From NCBI GenBank assembly GCA_038087875.1, contig CM075992.1, forward strand, positions 1,242,001 through 1,306,000: a stretch of DNA of 64,000 nucleotides. The letters are read 5' to 3'. The DNA comes from Malacoraja senta (Eukaryota). The translations under genes and the position numbers were made by a program. Shown piece by piece: positions 41,347-54,504 of the stretch (position 1 is the stretch's first letter; each line of letters opens with the position of its first letter). Below the pieces are notes generated by a model. It ran no database searches. It worked only from the letters and a program-made list of their open reading frames with translations, and had not been told where the DNA came from.

Positions 41347-42162
41347 TTTTTTTTTTTTTTTTTTGAAAATATTTTTTATTGGAGATAAGTACACAACCTA
41401 TTAACATCATTACAGTCTTACATTTTTAAATTGATAATATTATCAATTATTATTACATTGTCTCCAATACCTTTTGCCTTTTTTTTTTTTAAACTAGATA
41501 GAACTAAAAAGATAGATGAAGTAAAGAAAGAAAAGAGTGAGAAGAAAAAGAGAAAAAAAAAAAAAAAAAAAACCCAAAAAAAAGAGAAAGATAGTTAAAG
41601 AAGAATGGAAAAATTTATTAAATAAAAAACTTCATTCGAGATATATTCGTACATTTCAGAATATAGCATTTCATCCATTCTTTAGCCCGAGTGTTAGTCA
41701 GGTTCCCGTGCTGAACCATTCTGACCCTTTAAAACAATCAATAAAGGGAGACCATGTTCCAACGAATAATTCCTGTTTGTCCAACAGGGAAAATCTGATT
41801 CTTTCCACGTTTAGGGTCTCCGTCATTTCTATAATCCACATTTTGATTGTGGGGGCCGTAGGGCCTTTCCAAAATTTTAGAATTAATTTTTTTCCTGTTA
41901 TTATACTATAATCAATAAAGTTTCTTTGTGTTGTTGTAAATGTTTGATTTAATTCTAATGTTCCGAGTATTATTAATTTTGGATCCGGGTCCAATTGTGT
42001 GCTGGTCACTTTAGATATTATACTAAAAATATTTACCCAGAATTTTTTAATTTTTGTACAGTTTTGCAAACATATGAGATAAGGTAGCTTCTAAATGTTG
42101 ACATTTATCACATATAGGTGAGATATGTTGAAAGATTTTATGTAATTTTGTTTTTGAATAAT
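41347..42162 (-). mobile_element. L1-clade LINE 3' end
   Basis: Cys/His knuckle CDKC...HMF.NC followed by FW...WSPF on minus; AATAAA plus poly(A). Confidence 0.8.
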
Positions 42163-43569
42163 TTCTTTTCTACAGGGTCTCGGTTCTTTCCCTGTTGACA
42201 CGTTTTTACACTTTCACTATTTTCCTTCACTTTCTCTTTTTTCTTAATTTCAACCTTTTCTTTTTATTAGTTTAAAAAAATGACGGAGTCCATTAATTGT
42301 AATAAGATATACGTGATGAGTACTGATGTAATTTTTTGTAATTTAATGTACTTCTAATAAATAAAGTTTAAAAAAAATAATAAAAACGTATTCATTCATT
42401 CGTTCATTTGGCCCACGTATCCACTCTGACCACTGATCGCCTGGAGGGTGTGAAACTGAGTGGAAAAGGGAGAACTATATTAATTCTTGATTAGTACGGG
42501 TGTCAGGGGTTATGGGGAGAGTGGGGTTAGGAGGGAGAGACAGATAGGCCACGAATGAATGGCGGAGTAGACTTGATGGGCTGAATGGCCCAATTCTGCT
42601 CCAATCACATACGAACTTACTAAACAAGGAAATGCAGATGCTGATTTACAGACCGGGAGACACAAAATGCTGGAGTAACTCAGCGGGTCAGGCAGCATCC
42701 ATGGAGAACTTTTTCGGGTCGGGACCTTTCTTCGGAAGGAGACAGGCAGCACTTTAGAAAGGAGATGAGGAGGAATTTCTTTAGTCAGAGCGTGTGAATC
42801 TGTGGAATTATTTGCCACAGAGGGCTGTGGAGGCCAAGTCAGTTGATATTTTTAAGGCAGATGGATAGATTCTTGATTAGTACGGGTGTCAGGGGTTATG
42901 GGGAGAAGGCAGGAGAATGGGTTGAGAGGGAGAGGTAGATAGAAACATAGAAACGTAGAAAATAGGTGCAGGAGTAGGCCATTCGGCCCTTTGAGCCAGT
43001 ACCGCCATTCAATATGATCATGGCTGAACATCCTAAATGTGTACCCCGCTCCTGCTTTCTCCCCATGTCCTTGATCCCGTTAGCCCTGAGATATATATGT
43101 AATGTAACATCTGATCTAAGATCAGTCATGATCTGATGGCATGGACTTGATGGGCCGAATGGCCTAATTCTGCTCCGGGAACATGAATACGCGACCCCTC
43201 CATTTAAAGGAGCAGCTGTCGTATCTACAAGGGGCCATGTCTTCACACTTACTGCAGTTTCTCTCAGCGGGCATCAAGTGATATTATCCTGCACATCTAA
43301 ATGGCAGATTCTCTCTTGGTTTTATTTTTAATACTTTCCACAACACAGATTAAATTAGCTCAGATTTACAGAAAACAGTGCCCGGAGCCTTTAGCATCCA
43401 CTGGCCAATTAAGCAATTGAAACGGTGTGAATTTCATCAGCGCGTTGAACGCTCTGACTGCCGGGCACAGAGTTCACTGCATTGTCATCTCCGAGAGGGA
43501 GTTTAGCTGATCCCGTCTAATTCCTCCCGCCCCACACAATCCCCCCCCTCCAGTCCCATTAGCCGAGCA

Positions 43570-43800
43570 TCTTGTTGTTGCCAAACACTGTAACTCCCCC
43601 TCCCATTCCCACACCGACCTTTCAGTCCTGGGCCTCCTCCATTGTCAGAGTCAGAATGGAGGAACAGCACCTCATATTTCGCTTGGACAGCGTACACCCC
43701 AGCGGAGTGAACATTGACCGTCTCTAACTTCAGATATCCCTCGCTTTCTCTCTCTCTCTCCATCTCTCCCCCTTCCCAGTTCTCTAAACAGTCTGACTGT
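43570..43800 (+). mobile_element. Penelope-like GIY-YIG C-terminal fragment
   Basis: EEQHLIFRLDSVHPSGVNID. Confidence 0.7.
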
Positions 43801-44355
43801 CGGTCACGGGGGGAATGAGCAAACTCTGTACACACTAGCGTTATCCTACACACACACATTGGGGACAATTTTACACTTATACCAAGTTGATTAACCTACA
43901 AACCTGCACGTCTTCGGAATGCGGGAGGAAACCGGAAGATCTCGGAGAAAAACCCACGCAGGTCAGGGGTACAACGTGCAAACTCCGTACGGACAGCACC
44001 CGTAGTCGGGGTCGAACCCGGGTCTCTGGCGCTGTGAGGCAGCAACTCTACCGCTGTGCCACCCTGCTGCCAGGTGGCTATGTGAGCTGTGCAGGTTCAT
44101 TGTTAGTAGATTGCCCTCGGCGACTCTCACTAAAGCTTCACCAGGGTGCCGTGTCTGTGCGTTTACGGCCCATCAACCTCACCGCACGAACCCGCGCCCA
44201 GCTCGGAGGGTGCGGACTCTGCCCTACGCAGGCTCCCCCTCCCTAATCATCCCTGACCTGTTCGCAAATGACCACAAAGTACGAGAGCAACGATCCCACA
44301 GCCTCTCCTCTCTGGGATGAGAACTGCAGCAATCTCATCAACAATGTGGACAAAA

Positions 44356-44730
44356 TATCGACTTATTACAAACATAGGGTGCAACAAAATGTTGATAATA
44401 AATGGTTTGAGGACCTGGCGAGGGGTGAGTAAAGATAAGAAGTAGGTACATCCCTTTCATATTGTCCTATCATAATTTATTTTTCTTTTTCCGCCTTTTG
44501 GTTTTTTTCTTTTCTTTATTAACTATTTCTTGTGGTTTAGGTCCATATGGGTGTTCCTGGACCACTCTTTCATTCACTCACTTACTATCTTTACTAACTC
44601 TTTCTATCCTTTTTTCCTATTAAAGTTTAAAATAAGACGTGGTACAAGGACTGTATAAACTTGCGTTATTGCAGATTACTGTAATGTACAATACGTCTAA
44701 TAATTTTTTTTTTTTTTTAAGCCAAAAAAA
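44356..44730 (+). mobile_element. Probable L1 3' UTR insertion
   Basis: 15-bp TSD acaatgtggacaaaa; T-rich body resembling 36600-36985. Confidence 0.6.
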
Positions 44731-46240
44731 ACAATGTGGACAAAAATGCTGGAGAAACTCAGCAGGTGAGGCAGCATCTATGGAGCGATGGAAATAGGCA
44801 ACGTTTTGGGTCGAGGCCCTTCTTCAAACGTGTCTGTCCTAGCAGCCCCATTGTTTCTGCCTGTTCGTGTACCGAAATCTCATCAACAATGTGGATGTTT
44901 CACTCCCATTTCCTCTCTAAAGGCAATAGCACGAAACAAAATCTTAGTACACGCAACGATAAACTAAACTGACCTCTCTCCTAATCTGCAGACGCTGGTT
45001 TACACCGAAGATACACACAAAAAGCTGGAGTAACTCAGCGGGACAGGCAGCATCTCTGGAGAGAAGGAATGGGTGACGTTTCGGGTCAAGACCCTTCTTC
45101 AGAGTGGTCTTTCTCTCTTCTGCCCAACTCCTTCTGCTCACCAAGGAATAAGGTCCTAGCCTGCCCCAAATCTCCCTGTAGCTGCGGCCCTCGAGTCCTG
45201 GCTATTGCCAGGAAGGAGATGAGGAAGAATTTCTTTAGTCAGAGGGTGGTGAATCTGTGGAATTCATTGCCACAGTAGGCTGTGGAGGCCAAGTCAACTG
45301 ATATTTTTAAGGCAGAGATAGATATATTCTTGATTGGTGCGGGTGTCGGGGGTTATGGGGAGAAGGCAGGAGAATGGGGTTAGGAGGGAGAGATAGATCA
45401 GCCATAATTGAATGGTGGAATTGACTTGATGGGCCGACTGGAGAGAAGGAATGGGTGGCGTTTCGGGTCGAGACCCTTCTTCAGACTGAATCTGATCTTT
45501 ATTTCAGTCTAATTCGCTTCATTTCTTTCCCTGTTTTTACAAGACATTTTTTTTTAGACTTTTAGAGATACAGCCTGGAAGGTGACACTTCGTTCCACCG
45601 AATCCACGCTGACCAACGATCACCCCGTCACTGTCAAAGCCCCGCAATGCCCAATGGTCTTGGAACTCCCACCGAGTCCGGGCCGAACGGTGATCCCCTT
45701 ACACTAACACCACCCCACACACTGGGGACAATTTTACTTTTGCAATTAACCTACAAACATGCGCGTCTTTGGAGTGTGGAAGGAAACCGGAGCACCCGGA
45801 GAAAACCCACGCAGGTCACGGGGAGAAGGTACAAACTCCGTACAGACAGCGCCCGTAGTCAGGATGGAACCCGGGTCTCTGGCGCTGTGAGGCAGCAACT
45901 CTACCGCTGTGCCGCCATGTTTCACAGAGGTGTGGAATTCAGATCTGGGGATGGACTTTGGCAATTCCTAATCCATTAGACATGTAAATGTGTTCTTTTT
46001 GTCATTTGTCAAAGCACCTTTTGGGGATAAAACATTGGTTCTGCAGCGTAGCTTGGATGACTTGGTGTGTAGGAAGGAACTGCAGGTGCTGGTTTAAACC
46101 GAAGATAGACACAAAAAGCTGGAGTAAGTCAACGGGACAGGCAGCATCTCCAGGGAGAAGGAGGCAGTGACGGTTTGGGACGAGACTCTTCTTCAGACCC
46201 ATCCCTTCTCCCCAGAGATGCTGCCTGTCCCGCTGAGTTA

Positions 46241-47755
46241 AGGGCCTGTCCCACTTGGGCTGCCATTTACACGACAGGACGGTAGTGACTGATGCGCGAA
46301 GGTCGCGCGCGTCATACATAGATACATAGATACATAGACAATAGGTGCAGGAGTAGGCCATCCGGCCCTTCGAGCCTGCACCGCCATTCAATATGATCAT
46401 GGCTGATCATCCAACTCAGTATCCCGTACCTGCCTTCTCTCCATACCCCCCTGATCCCTTTAGCCACAAGGGCCACATCTAACTCCCTCTTAAATATAGC
46501 CAATGAACTGGCCTCAACTACCCTCTGTGGCAGAGAGTTCCAGAGATTCACCACTCTCTGTGTGAAAAGGTTTTTTCTCATCTCGGTCTTAAAGGATTTC
46601 CCCCTTATCCTTAAGCTGTGACCCCTTGTCCTGGACTTCCCCAACATCGGGAACAATCTTCCTGCATCTAGCCTGTCCAACCCCATAAGAATTTTGTACG
46701 TTTCTATAAGATCCCCTCTCAATCTCCTAAATTCTAGCGAGTACAAGCCGAGTCTATCCAGTCTTTCTTCATATGAAAGTCCTGACATCCCAGGAATCAG
46801 TCTGGTGAACCTTCTCTGCACTCCCTCTATGGCTATAATGTCCTTCCTCAGATTTGGAGACCAAAACTGTACGCAATACTCCAGGTGTGGTCTCACCAAG
46901 ACCCTGTACAACTGCAGTAGAACTCCCTGCTCCTATACTCAAATCCTTTTGCTATGAAAGCTAACATACCATTCGCTTTCTTCACTGCCTGCTGCACCTG
47001 CATGCCTACTTTCAATGACTGGTGTACCATGACACCCAGGTCTCGCTGCATCTCCCCTTTTCCTAATCGGCCACCATTTAGATAATAGTCTGCTTTCCTG
47101 TTTTTGCCACCAAAATGGATAACCTCACATTTATCCACATTATACTGCATCTGCCAAACATTTGCCCACTCACCCAGCCTATCCAAGTCACCTTGCAGTC
47201 TCCTAGCATCCTCCTCACAGCTAACACTGCCCCATGCGTCCGCACGGCCGTCTGGGACGAGTGGCGTAATTTGAAGATAGACACAAAATGCAGGAGTAAC
47301 TCAGTGGGACGGGCAGCATCTCTGGAGATGTTTCGTGTCGAGATTCTTCTTCAGCCTCGACCCGAAACGTCACCCATCCCTTCTCTCCAGAGATGCTGCC
47401 CGTCCCACTGAGTTACTCCTGCATTTTGTATCTATCTCCAATCGTCTTGGCCCCGCTCTGGGAGTAGGAGTGGGGGGCGGATCCGGATCCGCAACGGCCG
47501 TGAGACCCAGGCCGAGCTCGCCGATCGTTTGCCTGCTTCTGCTGCTGTTGGAGGTGAGACGTTGCGTCGCCCCAGGGTCTTGGGCCTGTCCCACTTTGGC
47601 CGTCAGTTGCTCGACAGGCCGGTGGCGCGCGAAGATATCGTGCAGGACGAAGTCCACACTCCTTCACGCCACTCCACGCGCCCGTTCCCGCGCTACCCAC
47701 ACGCTAGCAGGTCACGTAAATGGCGCGCGAATGACGGCCAAGTGGGACAGGCCCT
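46241..47755. mobile_element. PIF/Harbinger-like MITE, family E, with a nested CR1 and a captured PLE palindrome
   Basis: TIR agggcctgtcccacttgg; perfect TTA TSD; removing it restores cgctgagttactccagc of the host element. Confidence 0.9.
46314..47233 (-). mobile_element. Longest CR1 LINE fragment in the window (about 920 bp)
   Basis: WANVWQMQYNVDKCEVIHFG...[15 protein letters not shown]...; frameshifted. Confidence 0.95.
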
Positions 47756-48216
47756 TTACTCCAGCTTTTTGTGTCTATCTCTGGCACAAGCGGTAACGGG
47801 ATCAGTTCCATCAGCTTCCCGGAATAGCAATGACTCCCATTCTCCGTATAAACCCCCCGCCCTCTCGTTGTGTGGAGTTGCTGCATCGAGAGCAGCCGCT
47901 GGGACTATGTGAATAGGCCCCACTCACTGAAACAATAGCCCCATGTCTCTCATTCTGCAAACGCACACAAGTAAAGCTCATGCTGAGATCTGACCGCCCA
48001 CCGCCCTCTCCCTCCCTCTCTCCCTCCCAGTCACGCAGTGGGTAGAGAAACCAGCCTGTCCTGAGTGTATGGGTGTTTGTGGCGATATGTGTGTGTGTGT
48101 CTCAGTGTGTGTCTCTGTGTATCCCCTTGTGCATTAGTGAGGGTGTATGTACGTGTATGTATCTGTGTGTGTCTGTGTCAGGGTATGTGTGTGAGACTCT
48201 GTGTGGTTGTCTGAGT

Positions 48217-48855
<639 letters not shown>

Positions 48856-49116
48856 AGACTGAGTTTGTGAGCTTGATGAGAGATTGTGTTTGCTGGCAGA
48901 GCAGATGGCAAGGACTGTCGATCACATTTCACCGCAGGCAGGTGCTGAACTCACTGGTTGAGAGCCCAGCTGTTTACAGAAGTTACTCAGTGAGCGGTCT
49001 GCTCTGGGGGTGACACACACTCCCCCCCCCACCCATCACCCCTCACTCCCCCTCACCCCCTGCCTCCACTGATCCACTACCATCAGAGACTGTCGGAGCT
49101 GTGGGTGTGAGAATTT

Positions 49117-49416
49117 TGTTTAGTTTAGAAATACAGCACGGAAACAGGCCCTTCGGCCCACCGGCTCCGTACCGACCAGCCATCCCCGCACACTAACACT
49201 ATCCTACACACACTCGAGACAATGTTTACATTCACACCAAGCCGATTAACCTACAAGCCTGTACGTCTTTGGAGTGCGGGAGGAAACCGAAGATCTCGGA
49301 GAAACCCACGCAGGTCACGGGAAGAACGTACAAACTCCGTACAGACAGCACCCGTAGTCAGGATCGAACTCGGGTCTCTGGCGCTATGAGGCAGCAACTC
49401 TGCCATCGTGCCACCC
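49117..49416 (-). mobile_element. HE1-like V-SINE
   Basis: Full head, core and tail. Confidence 0.85.
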
Positions 49417-49502
49417 TAAATGTGGATGTGGTCTCTATGTCCCCACTTCTGCCTCCTCAGTGTAAATCACACATATCGTTCAGGGTCACGTGTATTGTCA
49501 CG

Positions 49503-50030
49503 TGTACTGGATAGACTCGGTTTGTACTGGATAGACTCGGCTTGTACTGGATAGACTCGGCTTGTACTGGATAGACTCGGCTTGTACTGGATAGACTCGG
49601 CTTATACTCGCTAGAATTTAGAAGATTGAGAGGGGATCTTATAGAAACGTACAAAATTCTTAAGGGGTTGGACAGGCTAGATGCAGGAAGATTATTCCCG
49701 ATGTTGGGGAAGTCCAGGACAAGGGGTCACAGCTTAAGGATAAGGGAGAAATCTTTTAAGACCGAGATGAGGAAAACATTTTTCACACAGAGAGTGGTGA
49801 ATCTGTGGAATTCTCTGCCACAGAAGGTAGTTGAGGCCAGTTCATTGGCTATATTTAAGAGGGAGTTAGATGTGGCCCTTGTGGCTAAAGGGATCAGGGG
49901 GTATGGAGAGAAGGCAGGTACGGGATACTGAGTTGGATGATCAGCCATGATCATATTGAATGGCGGTGCAGGCTCGAAGGGCCGAATGGCCTACTCCTGC
50001 ACCTATTTTCTATGTTTCTATGTTTCTATG
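49503..50030 (+). mobile_element. CR1 3' end whose 5' junction is a 5 x 20-bp tandem repeat
   Basis: (tgtactggatagactcggct)x5, then CR1 sequence; inserted in a Rex1 3' UTR fragment. Confidence 0.9.
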
Positions 50031-50231
50031 TACCGAGGTACAGTGAAAAGCTTTTTGTTGCGTGCTAACCAGTCAGCGGGAAAGAGAATATATTATTGCC
50101 ATCGGGCCGTGCACAGTTTGTAGAGATACTCAGTGAAGAGAGGTAGCAACAACCAGAGCCCGATCCGTCATCTGGAATTGCCTGTCCTGAATGCTGAAGA
50201 ACTTTCAAAGCCAGGATTGGACTCATAAGTG

Positions 50232-50372
50232 GGGTTGAAGATTGCAACCTTCACCTGGTCCGCCCTGTTTCGACGAATGCAATCACCTCGACGTGCACAA
50301 ACGGAAGATCAAATAGAACAAGTTGTCCAACAACTTTAGGCTGTGCACGCCATACGCAAGAAGAAGAAGAAT
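50232..50372 (+). mobile_element. Short retroposon 3' end with (AAG)n tail, clade uncertain
   Basis: Ends ggctgtgcacgccatacgcaagaagaagaag. Confidence 0.4.
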
Positions 50373-51087
50373 AAGAATCATAGGCCACCTGAGAGTCCAT
50401 AAAAACAACAGAACATTGTAGACCATCATCCCCGACCTCGAGGGATAGCCACCACCACGTTGACAGAAACATGATAAGGGAATAATGTTTGGAGCAACTA
50501 AAGCCAGTAACGTCTGATCAAAGATAGAACTGGGATGAGGGAGTTGGGAGCAGGGAGCATGGCGTACGGACAGCGTGCGTTTCCACGGGGAGGCAGAGCA
50601 TTAACAGAGTGAGGGGATCTTTCACCGTGACAGCACCTTAATTGCATGGAGAGTGAGCACAGCAAGGGAGCCAACTACCTCCACGCGACTGCAGGCCAGT
50701 GTATGCTCCAGCCCTGCGGAGAGCAGAGTCACGCTGAAAGACCGCGGCCCTGTCTGATCATATATATTTTTTTGTTGCTGCCAGTTAAGCCTGCTGCACA
50801 ATTCCTTCGGCTCAATTAGCTGCTGTAATTGTAATTGGCTGCAGAAGCCCATTTAAACCCAGTCATTTGGAAGAGTCTCGCCACAGGGTTGAAGGCATTG
50901 ACGAGAGGAACGGAACAGGTGTAAGGAATTGGAGCCAGCCTCCCCAACACTCTGTCCACGAGAAATCTCAATGCTCCAAATATGTTGACTGCACCTCATT
51001 AAACAGCAGCGAGGGTTCGTCAAACCCAAAGCATCTGGTCAGGCAGCATCTCTGGAGAAAAGGGAATGGGTGACGTTTCGGCTCGAG

Positions 51088-51548
51088 ACTGGGATGGCAG
51101 GACTTTCATATGAAGAAAGACTGGATAGACTCGGCTTGTACTCACTAGAATTTAGAAGATTGAGGGGGGATCTTATTCTTATGGGGTTGGACAGGCTAGA
51201 TGCAGGAAGATTGTTCCCGATGTTGGGGAAGCCCAGGACAAGGGGTCACAGTTTAAGGATGAAGGGGAAATCCTTTAGGACCGAGATGAGAAAAACATTT
51301 TTCACACAGAGAGTGGTGAATCTGTGGAACTCTCTGCCACAGAAGGTAGTTGAGGCCAGTTCATTGGCTATATTTAAGAGGGAGTTAGATGTGGCCCTTG
51401 TGGCTAAAGGGATCAGGGGGTATGGAGAGAAGGCAGGGATGGGATACTGAGTTGGATGATCAGCCATGATCATATTGAATGGCGGTGCAGGCTCGAAGGG
51501 CCGAATGGCCTACTCCTGCACCTATTGTCTATGTTTCTATGTTTCTAT
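51088..51548 (+). mobile_element. CR1 LINE 3' end
   Basis: GLSYEERLDRLGLYSLEFRRLRGDL... Confidence 0.9.
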
Positions 51549-51624
51549 TCCTTTTTCTCCAGAGCTGCTGCCTGAGCCGTTGAATTACTCCAGCTTTTTG
51601 TGTCTATCTTCCATATATCTAACG

Positions 51625-51981
51625 CAGGGGTGGGGAACCTGCGGCCTTCTAGGCCATTAAATGTGGCCTTTTGAATGAATCCAAATTTTGTAGAACAAAT
51701 CCTTATATTTCTATTAATATATGTTTTTGTTCGTCTTTTATAATTTTTATTTTAACCTTAAAATGAAGGTATTTAAAATACCAAAGAGTAAAAGAAGATT
51801 CAACGAAATAATCCTTCCCGGACTGACAGCCACAATTAAAACATTAGTAAGTCATGAGGGCTATTTTAACAAAATAATGAACATTTTGAAGTATATCTGA
51901 TTGAATTTTGTTGGATGCGGCCTTATTAGATTACAGCTAACTTAATGCGGCAATCCAACATGAAAAGGTTCCCCAATTCTG
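51625..51981. mobile_element. hAT-Charlie-like MITE (357 bp)
   Basis: Ends caggggtggggaacct / aggttccccaattctg; 8-bp TSD atctaacg/atctaacc. Confidence 0.8.
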
Positions 51982-52106
51982 ATCTAACCCATGGTGTTCT
52001 TTGTGTGCAGGGAAGAACTGTAGATGCTGGTTTAGATCGAAGGTAAACGCAACATGCTGGAGTAACTCAGCGGGACAGGCAGCATCTCTGGAGAGAAGGA
52101 ATGGGT

Positions 52107-52134
52107 GACGTTTCGGGTCGAGACCCTTCTTCAG
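52107..52134 (-). ncRNA. Minimal hammerhead ribozyme motif (PLE-type)
   Basis: Intact core; similar cores at 40303-40330 and 45075-45102 (minus). Confidence 0.7.
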
Positions 52135-53172
52135 ACTGAGTCTTGAGTCACATGAAGTCTGAAGAAGGGACCCCTGCCCCAAACCGTTACCCATCCCTTC
52201 TCTCCAGAGATGCTGCCTGTCCCGCTGAGTTACTCCAGCGTTTTGTGTCTATCCTGTTGCTATGTTGCTATGTGGCAGCTAATCACCTCACAGTGATGAC
52301 TATAGAGATGCTCCATGCAAAATAGTCACGCTTTAAACCATGAAACCCAGTCAAACAAGAACCAGTCTGAAACATAACCTATGAGATGTTGTTGCGGTTC
52401 AGCTTATTGTCACGTGTACCGAGGTACAGTGAAAAGCTTTTGTTGCGTGCTAACCAGTCAGCGGAAAGACATAGAAACATAGAAACATAGAAAATAGGTG
52501 CAGGAGGAGGCCATTCGTCCCTTCTAGCCAGCACCGCCATTCGTTGTGATCATGGCTGATCGTCCCCTATCAATAACCCGTGCCTGCCTTCTCCCCATAT
52601 CCCTTGACTCCACTAGCCCCTAGAGCTCTATCTAACTCTCTCTTAAATCCATCCAGTGACTTGGCCTCCACTGCCCTCTGTGGCAGGGAATTCCACCAAT
52701 TCACAACTCTCTGGGTGAAAACTTTTTTTCTCACCTCCGTCTTAAATGACCTCCCCTTTATTCTAAGACTGTGTGGCCCCTGGTTCTGGACTCGCCCAAC
52801 ATTGGGAACATTTTTCCTGCATTTAGTCCTTTTATAATTTTATATGGTTACATGAAACGTGATAATGGAATAACATTTAGTGCAAGGTAAAGCCAGCAAA
52901 GTCCGATCAATGATAGTCCGAGGGTCACTGATGAGGTAGATAGTGGTTCAGCATCTGCTCAACTCAAGGCATTGCATAAGTAAAGAAAGATCATGGAAGT
53001 AGCTACAGATTCCATCATTGACAGCCTTGCCCACGGCCGAATCTTACATCTACTGTACATGGGTCAATCCAAATTGACAGTCGCTGCCTTAGCCAACAGC
53101 TATACGTGAGAATTTGTTTCCTTCCCCCTGTGATCTACATCTTACCCACACTGTAAGCCACACAACAGCCTG

Positions 53173-53557
53173 GAGACACACAAAATGCTGGAGTAACTCA
53201 GCGGGACAGGCAGCATCTCTGGTGAGGGACGTCTGAAGAAGGGTCTCGACCTGAAACGTCACCCATTTCTTCTCTCTAGAGAGGCAGCCTGACCCGCTGA
53301 GTTACTCCAGCATTTCATGTCTAACTTTGGAGTAGATCAGCACCTCCAGTTCCTTGAAGGTAGTAACTCAGCGGGACAGGCAGCATCTCTGGAGAGAAGG
53401 CATGGGTGACGTTTTGGGGTGGTGACCCTTCTTCAGGCTTCTCGACTCGAAACGTCAACCATTCCTTCTCTCCAGAGATGCTGCCTGTCCCGCTGAGTTA
53501 CTCCAACATTTTGTGTCTATCTTCGGTGTAAACACAGCCTCTGCAGTTCCCTACCAA
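53173..53557. mobile_element. Double fold-back PLE-derived element
   Basis: A single perfect 14-bp TSD cacacaacagcctg encloses two palindromic units. Confidence 0.8.
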
Positions 53558-53772
53558 CACACAACAGCCTGCCAGCCGAGCACGAGCTTTCCTCAACATC
53601 TTGGACCAAACTGAACAGGAGCCACTTGTGGAACCTTGTAGCCGATGTCTGAGTGTACCGACATCTCGCAAACTCTTCTACAGATCCCCTCTTGCAAGAA
53701 GCACACCCCTGCAGCAGTAACAGGGCTGTGGATCTGGATGTAGTACGCTGAAAAACTCTAGGTAGAGCATCA

Positions 53773-54105
53773 AAGCCCTGTCCCACTGTACGAGTTCATT
53801 CCAAGAGCTCTCCATGGTTTAAAAAAAATCAAAACTCGTGGTAAGCACGGAGAATGAACGTAGCGGTTACGTCGGAGCTCGGGGACGTCCCTTAGCGGCT
53901 CGTAACGCTAACGGCAGGTACTCGGGAAGACTCGCTAACGGCAGGTAAGCTCGGGAAGACTCGTGAAGATTTTTCAACTTGATGAAAAATGTCCACGAGA
54001 GCCCCGAGTACCGACGAGCGGCCATTACCGTAAATCTCCGAGTTCGAATCAGGACAAACTCGGGAGAGAGCTCTTGGAATGAACTCGTACCGTGGGACAG
54101 GGGTT
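53773..54105. mobile_element. PIF/Harbinger-like MITE, family A
   Basis: About 40-bp TIR; perfect 3-bp TSD TCA. Confidence 0.85.
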
Positions 54106-54437
54106 TCACTTAGCACTGGACAATTTTATACTGGACAATTTTTACATTTACCAAGCCAATTAACCTACATACCTGCACGTCTTTGGAATGTGGGAGGAAA
54201 CCGAAGATCTCGGAGAAAACCCACGCAGGTCACGGGGAGAACGTGCAAACTCCATACAGACAGCACCCGTAGTCGAGATCGAACCCGGGTCTCCAGCGCT
54301 GCATTTCGCTGTAAGGCAGCAACTCTACCGCTGCGCCACTGGCAAATTTCACGAAGTTGTGGAGGGAGTAACACAGTACTGAGAGAACTTAAAGTGCCGT
54401 CCGTTCAGCACCCGGCCCATTGGAACCGGCGTCTTAC

Positions 54438-54504
54438 CTTCTGCAGGGCTTGAGTTGAGGACCATAATCCAGCATAGCCACGGTGCCCACCGTAGGAAGC
54501 CCAT
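54438..54504 (-). CDS. Signal-peptide-like first coding segment of an unidentified secreted or cell-surface protein (partial CDS within exon 54438-54592)
   Basis: Minus strand reads polypyrimidine tract ttttttttttcttccttcctcAG|exon(155 bp)|GTAAGA. The Kozak context agacaATGg at 54504 gives MGFLRWAPWLCWIMVLNSSPAE plus 1 nt (67 nt, phase 1). A weaker in-frame ATG lies at 54555. The sequence is unique and non-repetitive. Confidence 0.7.

Noticed and set aside
46312..47186. Intact reverse transcriptase gene
   Set aside because: 5'-truncated, frameshifted CR1 lacking the catalytic core; no autonomous element in the window
47928..47954. Possible 27-bp minus-strand micro-exon (tttgcAG|...|GTGAGT)
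   Set aside because: Would place a stop codon in the phase-1 frame of the signal-peptide exon; no other support
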